Shown here: positions 27,282 through 38,327 of the stretch, piece after piece
Layout of the letters: each line of letters starts with the position of its first letter
Position numbering within the stretch: the first letter of the stretch is position 1
The notes under the pieces: model-generated
The model's input: the letters and a program-made list of their open reading frames with translations, nothing else
The model's database searches: none
Told to the model about the DNA's origin: nothing
Translations under genes and position numbers: made by a program
From: an uncultured Acidobacteriaceae bacterium
GTDB taxonomy: Bacteria; Acidobacteriota; Terriglobia; Bryobacterales; Bryobacteraceae
Assembly (NCBI GenBank): GCA_963849445.1
Contig: CAWKHS010000002.1
Span: forward strand, 13,222-77,221
DNA length: 64,000 nucleotides
Direction of reading: 5' to 3'

Positions 27282-28676
27282 ATGTCGAGCAGAGCGGTAA
27301 ATAACTCCGGACAGATGAGCCTCTCGCTCACAAGCGAGCGGCACGTGTTTCGCGTGAGCGAGTTGAACGCGGAAGTGCAGAGCGTGTTCGAAGGGCAGTT
27401 TCGCAGTATCTGGGTGGCGGGCGAGATCTCGGGGTGCCGGGCCGCTCCGAGCGGGCATTACTACTTCTCGTTGAAGGACCAGCAGAGCCAGGTCAAGTGT
27501 GCGCTGTTCAAAGGCAGCGCGCGCTTCGCGAAGTTCAAGCCGCAAGACGGGCTGGCGGTGATCGCGCGCGGGAATCTGGAAGTGTATGAAGCGCGCGGCG
27601 AATACCAGTTGATCGTGGAGCTGCTGGAACCTCAGGGGGCCGGCGCGCTGCAACTGGCGTTTGAGCAGTTGAAGAAGAAGCTGGCGGCCGAAGGGCTGTT
27701 CGAATCGGGACGAAAGCGGCCCCTGCCCAAGCTGCCGCGACGGATTGGGATTGTGACTTCGCCTGGGGGCGCCGTGATCAGCGATATGCTGCACGTGTTC
27801 GAGCGGCGTTTTCCGGGCCTGCATATCCGGCTGTTTCCGGCGCAGGTGCAAGGGGAGGGCTCGGTGGCGCAGATGTGCCAAGGCATTGCCTACTTCAGCC
27901 GGGCGTCCTGGGCAGACATTTTGATTGTGGCGCGTGGGGGCGGGTCGCTCGAGGATCTGTGGACGTTTAACGAAGAAGCGGTCGCGCGGGCGATCGCGGC
28001 TTCGAGCATCCCGGTGATCTCGGCGATCGGACACGAGACGGATTTCACCATTGCGGATTTTGTGGCGGATTGCCGTGCACCGACGCCTTCGGCGGCAGCC
28101 GAGATCGCTATCTGCACGCGTGACAGCCTGCTGGAACAGATCGCCGCTTACAGGGCCAAAGCGACGCAGGGACTGCGGTATCGAATCCTGGTGTGCTCGC
28201 GCGACCTGCAGCAACGCGGGGCGCAGCGGGCGGTGAGTTTGGTGCAGCGGAGCTTGACGCGACGGGCGCAGAGATTGGATGAGCTGGATCTGCAATTGCG
28301 ACGTCTGGAGAAGCGCATCTTGGACGCACGATGCCGACGCCTGGAGGAGTTGAGCCGGCGACTGGCCGCGACAGACCTGAGACTCCGATTCGCACGTATC
28401 CGGCACCGGCAGGCGTTGTTGCAAGAGACGCTCAACAAGTGCGTACGCAGCAGCCTGTGGAAGGGGAAGCAGAGATATGACCGGATGCAAGCTCATTTGA
28501 CACAGCTCAGCCCCTTGGCGGTTTTGGCGAGAGGATACGCGATTGTGGAAGACGGCGACAAACACATCGTGCGGTCGGCCGCGGAAACCAAGGTAGGCGA
28601 GCAGGTGAGAGTACGGCTGCACAGCGGCGAGTTGGAGGCGGTGGTATCGACAGTACGGCAACAGGGCACAGCATGA
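27282..28676 (+). CDS. xseA: Exodeoxyribonuclease VII large subunit
   Basis: VWVAGEISG...HYYFSLKD is the OB fold. [22 protein letters not shown] and GHETDFT are also present. Confidence 0.9.
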   Translation: MSSRAVNNSGQMSLSLTSERHVFRVSELNAEVQSVFEGQFRSIWVAGEISGCRAAPSGHYYFSLKDQQSQVKCALFKGSARFAKFKPQDGLAVIARGNLEVYEARGEYQLIVELLEPQGAGALQLAFEQLKKKLAAEGLFESGRKRPLPKLPRRIGIVTSPGGAVISDMLHVFERRFPGLHIRLFPAQVQGEGSVAQMCQGIAYFSRASWADILIVARGGGSLEDLWTFNEEAVARAIAASSIPVISAIGHETDFTIADFVADCRAPTPSAAAEIAICTRDSLLEQIAAYRAKATQGLRYRILVCSRDLQQRGAQRAVSLVQRSLTRRAQRLDELDLQLRRLEKRILDARCRRLEELSRRLAATDLRLRFARIRHRQALLQETLNKCVRSSLWKGKQRYDRMQAHLTQLSPLAVLARGYAIVEDGDKHIVRSAAETKVGEQVRVRLHSGELEAVVSTVRQQGTA

Positions 28677-29353
28677 AGCGCGCCGTTTGCCTGTTGAGCG
28701 GAGGGCTGGATTCGACAACGTGTCTGGCAGTCGCGCTGCGGGACGGATTTGAATGTTGCTGCCTTTCGTTCGACTATGGGCAGCGGCACAGGATTGAACT
28801 CGAGGCCGCAAGCCGCGTGGCCAAGCACTTGGGTGCGAAGGAGCATCGCACCGCGAAAATCGACCTGCGCATCTTTGGGGGATCGGCTCTGACCAGCGAG
28901 ATGGAAGTGCCGAAGGACAGGGCGGACGAGGCAATGGCGAGCGGCATTCCTGTCACCTATGTGCCGGCGCGCAATACGATTTTTCTTTCGTTTGCGCTGG
29001 CGTATGCGGAGGTGCTGGGCGCTTCGGACGTTTTCATCGGCGTCAACGCGCTCGACTATTCGGGGTATCCCGACTGCCGGCCGGAGTTTATTCATGCCTT
29101 TGAGCGGATGGCGAATCTGGCGACCAAAGCCGGTGTGGAAGGGCAGACGAAGCTGGTGATTCACACGCCGTTGATGGCGATGACGAAGGCGGAGATTGTG
29201 CGCAAAGCGGCGGAACTGGGCGTAGATCTGGGCCTGACGCACAGTTGTTACGATCCCGGAGCGAACGGGGCGCCGTGCGGGCGCTGTGATTCGTGCTTAT
29301 TGCGACGGAAGGGATTCGAAGAAGCTGGAATCCCCGATCCGGTATTGCTGTGA
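28673..29353 (+). CDS. queC: 7-cyano-7-deazaguanine synthase
   Basis: [19 protein letters not shown] and the CGRCDSC zinc motif are present. The ATG overlaps the xseA stop (ATGA). Confidence 0.95.
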   Translation: MKRAVCLLSGGLDSTTCLAVALRDGFECCCLSFDYGQRHRIELEAASRVAKHLGAKEHRTAKIDLRIFGGSALTSEMEVPKDRADEAMASGIPVTYVPARNTIFLSFALAYAEVLGASDVFIGVNALDYSGYPDCRPEFIHAFERMANLATKAGVEGQTKLVIHTPLMAMTKAEIVRKAAELGVDLGLTHSCYDPGANGAPCGRCDSCLLRRKGFEEAGIPDPVLL

Positions 29354-30033
29354 AGATCGCCGAAATCTTTTACTCCATTCAAGGCGAAGGCATCCTCCTG
29401 GGCATGCCCTCGGTATTCGTACGAACATCCGGCTGCAATTTGCGCTGTACCTGGTGCGATACGCCGTACACGTCGTGGCAGCCGGAAGGGCAGAACATGT
29501 CGATCGAAGAGGTTGCGGGCGAAGTGTCGCGCTTCCCCGCGTCGCACGTGGTGGTGACGGGCGGCGAACCGATGATCTCGCCTGAGATTGTCGAACTGAC
29601 GAGCAAGCTGCGGCAGGCCGGATTACACATAACTGTTGAGACAGCAGGGACTTCTTTTATGCCGGTGGCCTGTGACCTGATGAGCATCAGCCCGAAGCTT
29701 GCGAATTCGACGCCTCGAGAACGTGAGAATGGGCGCTGGGCTGCGCAACATGAGCGCTTGCGATACCAGCCGGACGTTCTGAAGCGGCTGATGACGGACT
29801 ACGAATATCAGTTGAAGTTCGTGGTGGCGGCGGCGGAAGATTTGGTCGAGATCGGTCGGATGCAAGCGGAACTGGGCGCCCCGAAGGAGAAGGTGCTGTT
29901 GATGCCGGAAGGGGTGAACAGCGAGGTGCTGAGAGAGCGAGGGGGGTGGCTGGCGGAGATCTGCAAGGAGCGCGGCTATCGATACAGTCCGCGGCTGCAT
30001 GTGGATTTGTGGGGTGACAAACGGGGCGTTTGA
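29350..30033 (+). CDS. queE: 7-carboxy-7-deazaguanine synthase (radical SAM)
   Basis: The protein begins [14 protein letters not shown]...[16 protein letters not shown]. The GTG start overlaps the queC stop (GTGA). Confidence 0.9.
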   Translation: MKIAEIFYSIQGEGILLGMPSVFVRTSGCNLRCTWCDTPYTSWQPEGQNMSIEEVAGEVSRFPASHVVVTGGEPMISPEIVELTSKLRQAGLHITVETAGTSFMPVACDLMSISPKLANSTPRERENGRWAAQHERLRYQPDVLKRLMTDYEYQLKFVVAAAEDLVEIGRMQAELGAPKEKVLLMPEGVNSEVLRERGGWLAEICKERGYRYSPRLHVDLWGDKRGV

Positions 30034-30044
30034 GAAAATAGAAC

Positions 30045-30839
30045 TTGCAACCAGGTTCTTCCAGATTCCGCGTTGGGGCGGTGAGTTATTTGAACACTGT
30101 TCCGCTAGCGTGGGGGATGCTGCGCGGGCCGCAAAAGGAACGGGTTCAGCTTTCGTTTTCGATTCCCTCGATTTGCGCCACTGAAGTGGAGCGCGGCGAT
30201 ATCGATGTCGGCCTTGTGCCGGTGGCGGAGATTGCGCGGCAGGGTCTTGAGATCGTACCGGGCGTGGGAATTGCGTGCCTCGGCGCGGTACGCAGCATTC
30301 TGTTGTTCTCGAAGGCGCCGTGGCGGCAAGTCCGGACGGTGGCGGCGGACCTCAGTTCGCGAACGTCGGTGCAACTCGCTCGAGTGATTCTGCGCGAGCG
30401 CTTCGGCGTAGAGCCGGAAGTCACGCCGCAAGCGCCGGTTCTCGAAGCGATGCTGGCGCAGGCGGACGCGGCGCTGGTCATCGGCGACCCGGCGCTACGG
30501 ATGCATCCTGAAACGTTGCCGTTTGCATCGCTCGATCTGGGCGCGGAGTGGTTCAAGCTCACGCGCCTGCCGATGGTGTTCGCGGCATGGGCCGGCAAAC
30601 CGGGATTGCCTATTGAAGAATTCTCAGAGATCGCGCGCGGTTCCTATCAGTTCGGACGCGAGCGGTTGGACGAGATCGTAGAAGAGCAGTACGCTGTGCG
30701 TGGCATCACGCGAGAGCTCGCGAAGAAGTATCTTACCCAGTACATCCGGTTTGAGCTAGGAGCGAAGGAACTCGAGGGACTAGAAAGGTTCTTGCGATTG
30801 GCAGGACTGGTGCATGATTACTCAACGACAAGCGCTTGA
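30045..30839 (+). CDS. mqnA: Chorismate dehydratase (futalosine pathway)
   Basis: RVGAVSYLNTVPL, DVGLVP, ALVIGD and LPMVFAAWA are typical of MqnA. Confidence 0.8.
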   Translation: MQPGSSRFRVGAVSYLNTVPLAWGMLRGPQKERVQLSFSIPSICATEVERGDIDVGLVPVAEIARQGLEIVPGVGIACLGAVRSILLFSKAPWRQVRTVAADLSSRTSVQLARVILRERFGVEPEVTPQAPVLEAMLAQADAALVIGDPALRMHPETLPFASLDLGAEWFKLTRLPMVFAAWAGKPGLPIEEFSEIARGSYQFGRERLDEIVEEQYAVRGITRELAKKYLTQYIRFELGAKELEGLERFLRLAGLVHDYSTTSA

Positions 30840-31314
30840 GCTTTTTGAGAGCGACGACCTGATCGCGCTCGGTATGGCGGCCGATCAAATCCGAAAGGAG
30901 TTGCATCCAGAAGGACTCGTGAGCTACTGCATGGAACCGCGCGAGGCCGCGGCGCAGGTGGTGGAGTTCGGGGCGCAAGAACCGGTAGAGCAGATTGTGA
31001 GCCGACTTGAAACGATTCGGAAGGACGGCGGACGATTAGCAGTGATGCCGCGTTCAGAAGGTACGGGGGTGGAGCACCTAAAAATTGTGGCGCTCACGCG
31101 CATATATCTGGACAACGTACCGCACATACAGGCATCGTTGCAGAGTGGTCTGAAGATTGGGCAAGTTGCGTTGCGGTTTGGGGCTAATGACATAAATGGC
31201 GCGGAAGCTGGTAGCCTCCGCGCCACTGAAGAAGACATCCGGCGCATTATACGGGACGCCGGCTTTGTTCCGAAGCAGCGGGATGCGCTGTTTCAGACAT
31301 ATTATCTGGACTAA
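30814..31314 (+). CDS. Mini MqnC/MqnE-like protein lacking the radical SAM core
   Basis: 166 aa. The N-terminus (ALELFESDDLIALGMAADQIRKELHPEG) and C-terminus (HLKIVALTRIYLDNVPHIQAS...ALRFGANDING...IRDAGFVPKQRDALFQTYY) resemble MqnC/E. The CxxxCxxC region is absent. Confidence 0.5.
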   Translation: MITQRQALELFESDDLIALGMAADQIRKELHPEGLVSYCMEPREAAAQVVEFGAQEPVEQIVSRLETIRKDGGRLAVMPRSEGTGVEHLKIVALTRIYLDNVPHIQASLQSGLKIGQVALRFGANDINGAEAGSLRATEEDIRRIIRDAGFVPKQRDALFQTYYLD

Positions 31315-32135
31315 GTTGCTTCGGTTTTCTTCGCCGGACGGCTGGCCTTGATGCGCTTCATGTCAATGGACTTGTTCGACCAGTCTTCAGCTTGCGCGAT
31401 GTCGGCCTTCGATTGGTCCGGTGTATCCTCCAGGTCCGCTTTCTTGCGAAGGAGAAGGTTCATGTAGGACATGGCATCTTCGTTTTCCTTGTCAATGGCG
31501 AGGCATTTCTTCAGGTCCTCGATGCCGTCATTGATGTCCTTCTGATACTTTGCCTTGAGCTCTTCCTTGGCCTTCTGGTCTTTCAGCGGGCCAGGATCGT
31601 CGGCCTTCATCTTCTCGTTGACACGCTCGGTTTGGATGGGCGTGAACGCTTCGGCCCAATCGATTACGCCCAAGTAGTAATAAGCTTCGGAGTCCTTGGG
31701 ATCGACTTCGATACGGCGATCATTCCATTTGCGCGCCTCTTGCATGGCCGCTGCCTTCTGCTCAGGAGTGCCGGCACTGGCGTTTTCATAGGCCATGGAA
31801 GCCATGGACGCGAGCGCGAGCGAGTTCGATGGATCCTTGTGCAAGACGTCGTTGAATTCCTGCTTGGCGGCGTTGTAGTTCTTCTGGTTATCCGGACTGT
31901 CGGCGCCGGGAACCCACTGAATCATGTAAGAGGTCGCCAGATAGAGCTGAGCGTTCTGATTGGTGGGATCGAGTTCGACAGCCTGTTTGAAGTGCTTGAC
32001 GGCATCGGCGTACTTGTTGTTCTTGTATGCCTTGACGCCCTGGTTCATCTGGTCGCGGGATTCGAGTTTGGTGCAACTCGTGAGCAGGGCGAGACCAGCA
32101 CAGAGGCCCAGTGTTAAGACTCTAGAGTTTGCCAT
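31311..32135 (-). CDS. TPR repeat lipoprotein
   Basis: The lipobox is LALLTSC. There are several TPR-like A..YK.A..LDP repeats. Confidence 0.75.
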   Translation of the reverse strand: MANSRVLTLGLCAGLALLTSCTKLESRDQMNQGVKAYKNNKYADAVKHFKQAVELDPTNQNAQLYLATSYMIQWVPGADSPDNQKNYNAAKQEFNDVLHKDPSNSLALASMASMAYENASAGTPEQKAAAMQEARKWNDRRIEVDPKDSEAYYYLGVIDWAEAFTPIQTERVNEKMKADDPGPLKDQKAKEELKAKYQKDINDGIEDLKKCLAIDKENEDAMSYMNLLLRKKADLEDTPDQSKADIAQAEDWSNKSIDMKRIKASRPAKKTEAT

Positions 32136-32156
32136 CGTTGAGTTCTCCTTAGAGCG

Positions 32157-32585
32157 CTATTGGCCAGCCTCAACCTTAGGAGTCATGATGCCGACCTTAT
32201 CGAGTCCGGCGCCCGTGGCGTCATCGATGGCACGAGCGACATAACGATAGTCGACATCCGGGTCCCCCTTGACAAAGACCACCTTGCTGGCGCGAGTCTT
32301 GAAGATATCTTCGAGGCGCGCCTCGAGATCGGTTTCTTTGATGGGCTGCCCATTGATCTGCATGCTGGCGTCCTTAGCCACCTCGATGACCACCGTAGGA
32401 TCCTGACTGGGCGGCGGAGGCGGCATATTGGGCGGGGGCGGTTGCGGCACGAGCGCATCCAGTCCGTGCGGGGTAAGAGGCGTGATGACCATGAAAATGA
32501 TCAGCAGCACAAGCAAAACATCGATCAGCGGCGTGACGTTAATGTCCGCCTTGGCTCCACCGGAGCCGCCAACTGCCATTGACAT
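32157..32585 (-). CDS. exbD: ExbD/TolR family biopolymer transport protein
   Basis: DINVTPLIDVLLVLLIIFMV is the family signature. Confidence 0.85.
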   Translation of the reverse strand: MSMAVGGSGGAKADINVTPLIDVLLVLLIIFMVITPLTPHGLDALVPQPPPPNMPPPPPSQDPTVVIEVAKDASMQINGQPIKETDLEARLEDIFKTRASKVVFVKGDPDVDYRYVARAIDDATGAGLDKVGIMTPKVEAGQ

Positions 32586-32609
32586 AGAAATTGAACCCTT
32601 TCAGTGACG

Positions 32610-33053
32610 CTAAAGATTTGCGCTCTTCTTGTTTTTATCTTGAATCTCTTCGGTGAGAAGACCGAGGGTGTCCACACCGGCAGTACGCAGGTTATCGATC
32701 ACGTCCGTAATACTGGCGAACCGGGCACGGGCATCCGCTCTGATATAGACGGTCTTGTCGGTACGGCTCGTCTGGAGATCCTTCACTTTGCTGCCCAACT
32801 GATCAGGTTGGACGAGTTGGTTGCCGGGACTGAGGAACACTTTGCCATCGCGCGTGATGGCAATGAGGACAGCGTCTTCTTTGTCGGCTTCCTGCATCTT
32901 GATGGGATTCCTGGCTTTCACCATGGTGACCTGCTGGCCTTTGGACAGCATGGGGGTGATAACCATGAAGATGATGAGCAGCACAAGCATCACATCAACC
33001 ATGGGGGTGACGTTGATATCAGAGACTACGGGAGGTGCTTTGGCTAGTTTCAT
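32610..33053 (-). CDS. exbD: ExbD/TolR family biopolymer transport protein
   Basis: DINVTPMVDVMLVLLIIFMV is the family signature. Confidence 0.85.
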   Translation of the reverse strand: MKLAKAPPVVSDINVTPMVDVMLVLLIIFMVITPMLSKGQQVTMVKARNPIKMQEADKEDAVLIAITRDGKVFLSPGNQLVQPDQLGSKVKDLQTSRTDKTVYIRADARARFASITDVIDNLRTAGVDTLGLLTEEIQDKNKKSANL

Positions 33054-33145
33054 TTCGACTCCTAATCAAATCTTTTTCATCTGAGAGGGACCGCTCGCTC
33101 GCGGTCGCGGGAGCGGCCCTCTGCTGTCGATTCAACTCAGCTCAG

Positions 33146-33886
33146 TTAGCGCACAGCGCCGGCAGTTTTCTGGGTGCGCTTCAAGAAGTAATCGATGAGC
33201 TCAGAGCTGGAGTTACCCATCTCGACATCGAAGGCTTCAATACGGTTCGTGAAGTAGTTGAACATCCAAACGGCCGGGATAGCGACGAACAAGCCGATGG
33301 CGGTGGTGATGAGAGCTTCCGAGATACCGCCGGCGACGGCGCCTAGACCAGTGGATTTGGAGGTTGAAATTTGTTGGAACGCGTGCATGATCCCGACGAC
33401 GGTTCCGAACAGGCCGACGAAGGGCGCGGTGGAACCGATGGTGGCCAAGCTGCTGACGCCGCGCTTCAGTTCGGCGTGCACGATGGCTTCCGCTCTTTCG
33501 AGGGCGCGGCGCGAGGCTTCGATGTCCTCACCGGGAATTTCGGTGCTCATCTGATGAGCTTTGAATTCCTGGAGTCCCGCGACGACGACCTTGGCGAGAT
33601 GGCTCTTGTTGAAGCGGTCGGCGATCTTGATTGCTTCATCGAGCTTGCCTTCGCGCAACGCACCAGCCACAGCCGGCGCAAACGCACGAGATTGTTTACG
33701 GGCGGCGTTATAGGCGATCAAACGATCGATCATGACACCGATGGACCAAGCGGACATGATGAACAGACAGGCCACAACGCACTTGGCCATGGTGCCCATG
33801 TTGCCCCAGACCGATCGGACGTCGAATTGAATTCCTTCGGCTTCCTGGAAGAGCCAGAAGGCCCATACTTGAAGTTGTATTAGCAT
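33146..33886 (-). CDS. exbB: MotA/TolQ/ExbB proton channel protein
   Basis: [20 protein letters not shown] and [15 protein letters not shown] are conserved ExbB segments. Confidence 0.85.
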   Translation of the reverse strand: MLIQLQVWAFWLFQEAEGIQFDVRSVWGNMGTMAKCVVACLFIMSAWSIGVMIDRLIAYNAARKQSRAFAPAVAGALREGKLDEAIKIADRFNKSHLAKVVVAGLQEFKAHQMSTEIPGEDIEASRRALERAEAIVHAELKRGVSSLATIGSTAPFVGLFGTVVGIMHAFQQISTSKSTGLGAVAGGISEALITTAIGLFVAIPAVWMFNYFTNRIEAFDVEMGNSSSELIDYFLKRTQKTAGAVR

Positions 33887-33942
33887 GTTTTTCTCCTAAG
33901 TTGAATCGAAATGTAACTAGCTATCTGACATATCTGGACTGA

Positions 33943-34686
33943 CTACTGGCTCAACGTGAAGTTCACGATGATATTCGTGATCACTTGTACCGGCTGGCCG
34001 TTCAGCAGAGTGGGTTTGTACCTCCACTGCAGTACAGCTTCCTTTGCTGCATTCACCAGAAGCGGGTGCCCGCGCACCAGCTTGAGATCCTCAATATTAC
34101 CCTCTTTGCTGATAACCGCGGTGAACTCCACGGTACCTTGGACGCGGGCCGACTTGGCGAGCGGAGGATAGACCGGTTGAACCTGATGAATCAGGTTCGC
34201 AGCCATGACCTGACCGCCGATCCTCTGAGGTCCGACGGGGGCCTTGGCCTTGGGAGGAGGAGGGGGTGGAGGCGCACCGGGCACACCGCCGAGAACACCG
34301 CCGATCACACCGCCCGCGACGCCGCCAGCTTCGCCAGTACCACCGACGACGCCTAGGCCGGCATCAGGCGGGGGAGCCGCTTCTTCGATGTGCTGAATGG
34401 TTTTTGGGATCACCTTCGGCGCCATCAATTGATTGGCAATGAATTGCCTCACCACTGGCTTAGGCGCTACTTTGGGGGCGGCAGGAGGTGGAGGCGGTGG
34501 AGGAGGAGGTGGTGGCGGCGGCGCGACCAGCATACTCCTGAGCTGGGCGCTCGGCAGGACCTCAGTATAGATCAGCGGAATCAGGATCAGAACCCCGATT
34601 AAGCTAATTTGTAGCAGGAGGGACAACAAGATGGTATACGGCTTTTTTGTCTTTTGTGTCCCGTCAACGAATGTTTGATCAAACAT
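33943..34686 (-). CDS. tonB: Energy transducer TonB
   Basis: The protein has an N-terminal TM helix, a poly-Pro spacer, and the C-terminal YPPLAKSARVQGTVEF...GQPV domain. Confidence 0.8.
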   Translation of the reverse strand: MFDQTFVDGTQKTKKPYTILLSLLLQISLIGVLILIPLIYTEVLPSAQLRSMLVAPPPPPPPPPPPPPAAPKVAPKPVVRQFIANQLMAPKVIPKTIQHIEEAAPPPDAGLGVVGGTGEAGGVAGGVIGGVLGGVPGAPPPPPPPKAKAPVGPQRIGGQVMAANLIHQVQPVYPPLAKSARVQGTVEFTAVISKEGNIEDLKLVRGHPLLVNAAKEAVLQWRYKPTLLNGQPVQVITNIIVNFTLSQ

Positions 34687-34831
34687 AGTCCCCTCACTTA
34701 GCCCGACGGCACGGGCTATGTCTTAGCTATTCATCTTTGCCTAATCGCATGGCAACGCACGGCGCGGAGGCTTGGCGATTGCCGCTCTTGTTTACCAAGC
34801 ACCGCTTGACTGCCATGCTCGTTGGACCAGC

Positions 34832-36090
34832 TCACTTTACTACCTTTACAGGCTTATTAGCGCCCTTCACGTTACCAGATACTGACTTGACACGGCTATC
34901 GACAGCCGGAGGTCTCGATGGACTGCGCCGGTTACGGCGGCCCTCGGCCAGATCCTGCCAGAAGATCAGGATTGGGCTCGCAATGAAGATAGACGAGTAT
35001 GTGCCAATGATGATACCTACAACTAATGCGAATGAGAACCCATGAAGTACTTGTCCGCCGAATAAGAACAGGGAAATAGCCGTCAAGAACGTTAAACCCG
35101 AGGTCAGTATGGTTCGGCTCAAGGTTTGGTTGATGCTGGTGTTCACAATCTGAGTGAAGGAACCGCGCATCTGAAGCCTGAGGTTCTCGCGGATGCGATC
35201 AAAGGTCACGATGGTGTCGTTCATCGAATAACCGACGAGGGTAAGCAGTGCGGCAATGACAGTTAAGTCAATGGGAATATTAAACAGCGAAAACAATCCA
35301 ATGGTGATGATGGTGTCGTGAAAGACCGCGATCACAGCGGCTACGCCATAGATCCATTCAAAGCGGAAGGCGATATAGACCAACATGGCGGCCAGGGCGA
35401 TGAGGACGACGTTGATGGCCTGCTGGCGCAAGTCGGCTCCGATCTTGGGGCCGACCACCTCATCCCCGCGGACGGCCAAATTACCGGCGACGCAATCCGC
35501 CTTCAGAGCCGAGACCACCTGAGGCGTTACTCCAGGAACAGAAGACAAATCATCAACGCTGCCAATTAAGCCGGAGTGCGAAGTGCGGTAAGCGAGAATC
35601 CCGGTGACGAGCGAATGGAGTTGATCGTCTGAGAGGTTGACGCCCGCTTTGGGAAGCGAATCGCGCAAATGGTTCGTGAGGTCTACCTCGGCAACCAAGT
35701 TCAGATCCAGCTTTCCGCCGGTGATTCGGGTTGAAGGCTCTATTCAACGCAGCAACAATATCACTTGTGACAGACTGCAGATTCTCGTTGCGCTACTCCG
35801 GTGGTGATCAGCATCTCCCGGGAAGCACCAGCGGCCTGGGAGTTGGTGGTTTCTTGCACCTCAATCTCACCGGGAATACTTTTCCGGAGAGCGGAACGCA
35901 CCGCCTCAGCGGATGGGCGTTGTTTGAAGTTTATTTCCATCTGCGCCCCGCCAGTAAAATCGATCCCGTATTTCGGCCCGCCCTTCACGATGAGGCTAAT
36001 CACCCCAATAAGCGTAAGCGCCAAAGACAGCCAGATGAACGGCCACTTCTTGCCGAGAAAGTCAAAATTCGTTCGCTTGAAGATTTCCAT
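34832..36090 (-). pseudogene. secF: Protein translocase subunit SecF, apparently with two frameshifts
   Basis: The N-terminus MEIFKRTNFDFLGKKW...YGIDFTGG reads to TGA at 35761. RNENLQSVTSDIVAALNRAFNP follows in a second frame. GGKLDLNLVAEV...VGPKIG...GYSMNDTIVTFDRIRE follows in a third. Confidence 0.8.
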
Positions 36091-36208
36091 CGAGCTCTAG
36101 AGGCCGGCATCCACTACAGATAGACACCGGCAATTAACAAATGTTCCCAATCACCTAAAACGAGCCGCCGAAAGTGCTACATAGCCTCTCGACGGGCAAA
36201 ATCAACTG

Positions 36209-37832
36209 CTAAATACTGAGCGCGGTCACCGGTTTTGGCCGGGACAGTTCCCAATCAAAGATCACTTTGGACACGAAAACGGCGGTAAAGACGTTGGCCG
36301 CCAAGCCAATGACCAGCGTGACTGCAAACCCCTTCACCGGCCCGGAACCGAACAGGAACAGGATGGCGCAGGAGACGATGGTAGTGACGTGGGTATCAAC
36401 AATAGTAAGAAAGGCCTTGGCGAAGCCGGTATCGACGGCGGGGACAATGGCCTTCCCCGCCCTCAATTCCTCGCGAATTCTCTCGAAAATGAGGACGTTA
36501 CTGTCCACCGCCATACCGATGGTTAGAATAATCCCGGCTATTCCAGGAAGAGTCAGGACAGCGTCGAAATAGCTGAGGCAAGCAATCAGAATCAGAGCGT
36601 TTAGGACCAGCGCCAGGGTGGCGTTGATACCACTCTTTTTGTAATAGATGAGCATGGCGACGATGACCGCCAGGACGCCGGCGATACCCGCGATAAAGCC
36701 ATTTCGAATGGAATCGGCGCCCAACGAGGCTCCTACGGTATTTTCCTGTTCGTAGACGACGCCCGCCGGCAGCGAACCCGCCTTCAGATTGAGCGCCAGA
36801 TCGGAGGCGTCCTGCTGGGATGGCGCGCCTTCAATCACGCCTTGATCGTTGATCTGGCTCTTAATAGAGGGCGCTTCCAAAACTTTGCCGTCCAGTACGA
36901 TGGCGAGACGGTTTCCAATATTGGCGCCCGTATAGGCGCCGAAGCGCTTGGCGGCATCCTGGCTCAGAACGAAATTGGTCTCCCAGCTGCCGGGCATCTG
37001 GCCCTGTTGGGCGCGGGCATCCCGGATATCGGGGCCTCGGACGACGGGAGTGCGGGCGACCAGATAGACTCCGCTACTGCGCCCGGATTGATCGCTGCCA
37101 GTGCTGCCGATCAGTTTGGTACCGGGCGGCAGAATACCGTTATTCTGAGCGAGCGCTTCTTCGCGGCTTTGATACGGCCCGCCTTTAACGTCATACAGCT
37201 CCAGGACTGCGGCGGTTTGCAAGAATCTGCTTCACGCGGGCGGGGTCGTCGACGCCGGGTAACTGGACCAGGAGTTCGGAATCGGCATCTTCGCGGCGCT
37301 GCTGGACCGTCGCTTCACTCAAGCCAAGCGCATTGATCTTTTTATCGATGGTATTTTTCGACTGCGCCAGAACCTGCTGCCACATTTTGAGCGCGTCGGA
37401 GGGTTTCATCGTGAGGCGATAGTCGGTGGGTCCTTGCGGAGTGAGCAGCCACTCGCCGAACTGGTCGTTGATCAGGCTGCGGAAAGTACCGGCTTGCGTC
37501 GCCGGCACTCCTTTCACAACGATGGCGGCCTTGACGGCATCGGCCAGGGTTTTGGCGTCGTCTACGCCTATGTCGGAAAACTGGATTCCGGCTTTCTGCG
37601 CGGCATCTTTGAGGCGATCGGCGGCTGAACTGGCCTGAGCGTTGAAGGCGTCCTGCTGTTTGACCTGGACGACGAGGTACGTGCCGCCTTTCAGGTCGAG
37701 GCCGAGGTGTATGTTGTTGTGCCAATTGGCGACCAACTCGGCTTTGCTTTTCGGCAGGCCAATGATGCCGAAGATGCAGACGAGGATCACGGCGACGATG
37801 ACGAAGAACTTGAAGCGTAAATGGCGTTTCAT
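36209..37832 (-). pseudogene. secD: Protein translocase subunit SecD, apparently with one frameshift
   Basis: The N-terminal 213 aa end ...VDDPARVKQIL. The frame then changes to QTAAVLELYDV...GMAVDSNVLIFERIREE. The junction is near 37215-37222. Confidence 0.85.
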
Positions 37833-37880
37833 CTTTACCCTAAAAACTGATAGCGAAAGAGCAGTTCGTTTCCGGCGGCA

Positions 37881-38207
37881 TTACTTTTTGGCAACGGCGT
37901 CGGCTGAAAAGAGGCTGGTGACAGCACTGCGGGCCACCTGAATCTTGACGTTGTCGGGCTTAATTCGCAGTATTAGCGTATCATCGTTCACCGCAATGAT
38001 AGTGCCGACGATGCCGCCGCTGGTGAGGACCGTTTGGCCGTTCTCGAGGGAGGCGATCATCTTCTTCTGATTACTCTGCTGGCGGCGCATGGGCATGAAC
38101 ACCAGAAAGTAGAAGATGGCGATCATCAGGACGATGGGAAGAACGCCGGTGAGTAAGGAAGCGCCGGGCGCGGGCGCGGCGGTTTGGAAAAGAAGTAACG
38201 AAAGCAC
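37881..38207 (-). CDS. yajC: Preprotein translocase subunit YajC
   Basis: 108 aa. FYFLVFMPMRRQQ and GGIVGTI are present. Confidence 0.85.
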   Translation of the reverse strand: MLSLLLFQTAAPAPGASLLTGVLPIVLMIAIFYFLVFMPMRRQQSNQKKMIASLENGQTVLTSGGIVGTIIAVNDDTLILRIKPDNVKIQVARSAVTSLFSADAVAKK

Positions 38208-38327
38208 GATAGAATCCTGTCTCAGCTTAACTATGCAAAGGGGGACACGTTAGCACGGGAGAATCCGCTGTGCTCACGCGCACGGTTCGGTTGCGTCCGC
38301 GGGCGGGCACAGGCAAGGGTGAGCGTG

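Noticed and set aside
27204-28934. A 576-aa ORF on the minus strand, opposite xseA and queC
   Set aside because: The translation is Arg/Pro/Gln-rich low complexity with no recognisable motifs. It lies entirely antisense to two confidently identified genes. This is a typical shadow ORF of GC-rich DNA.
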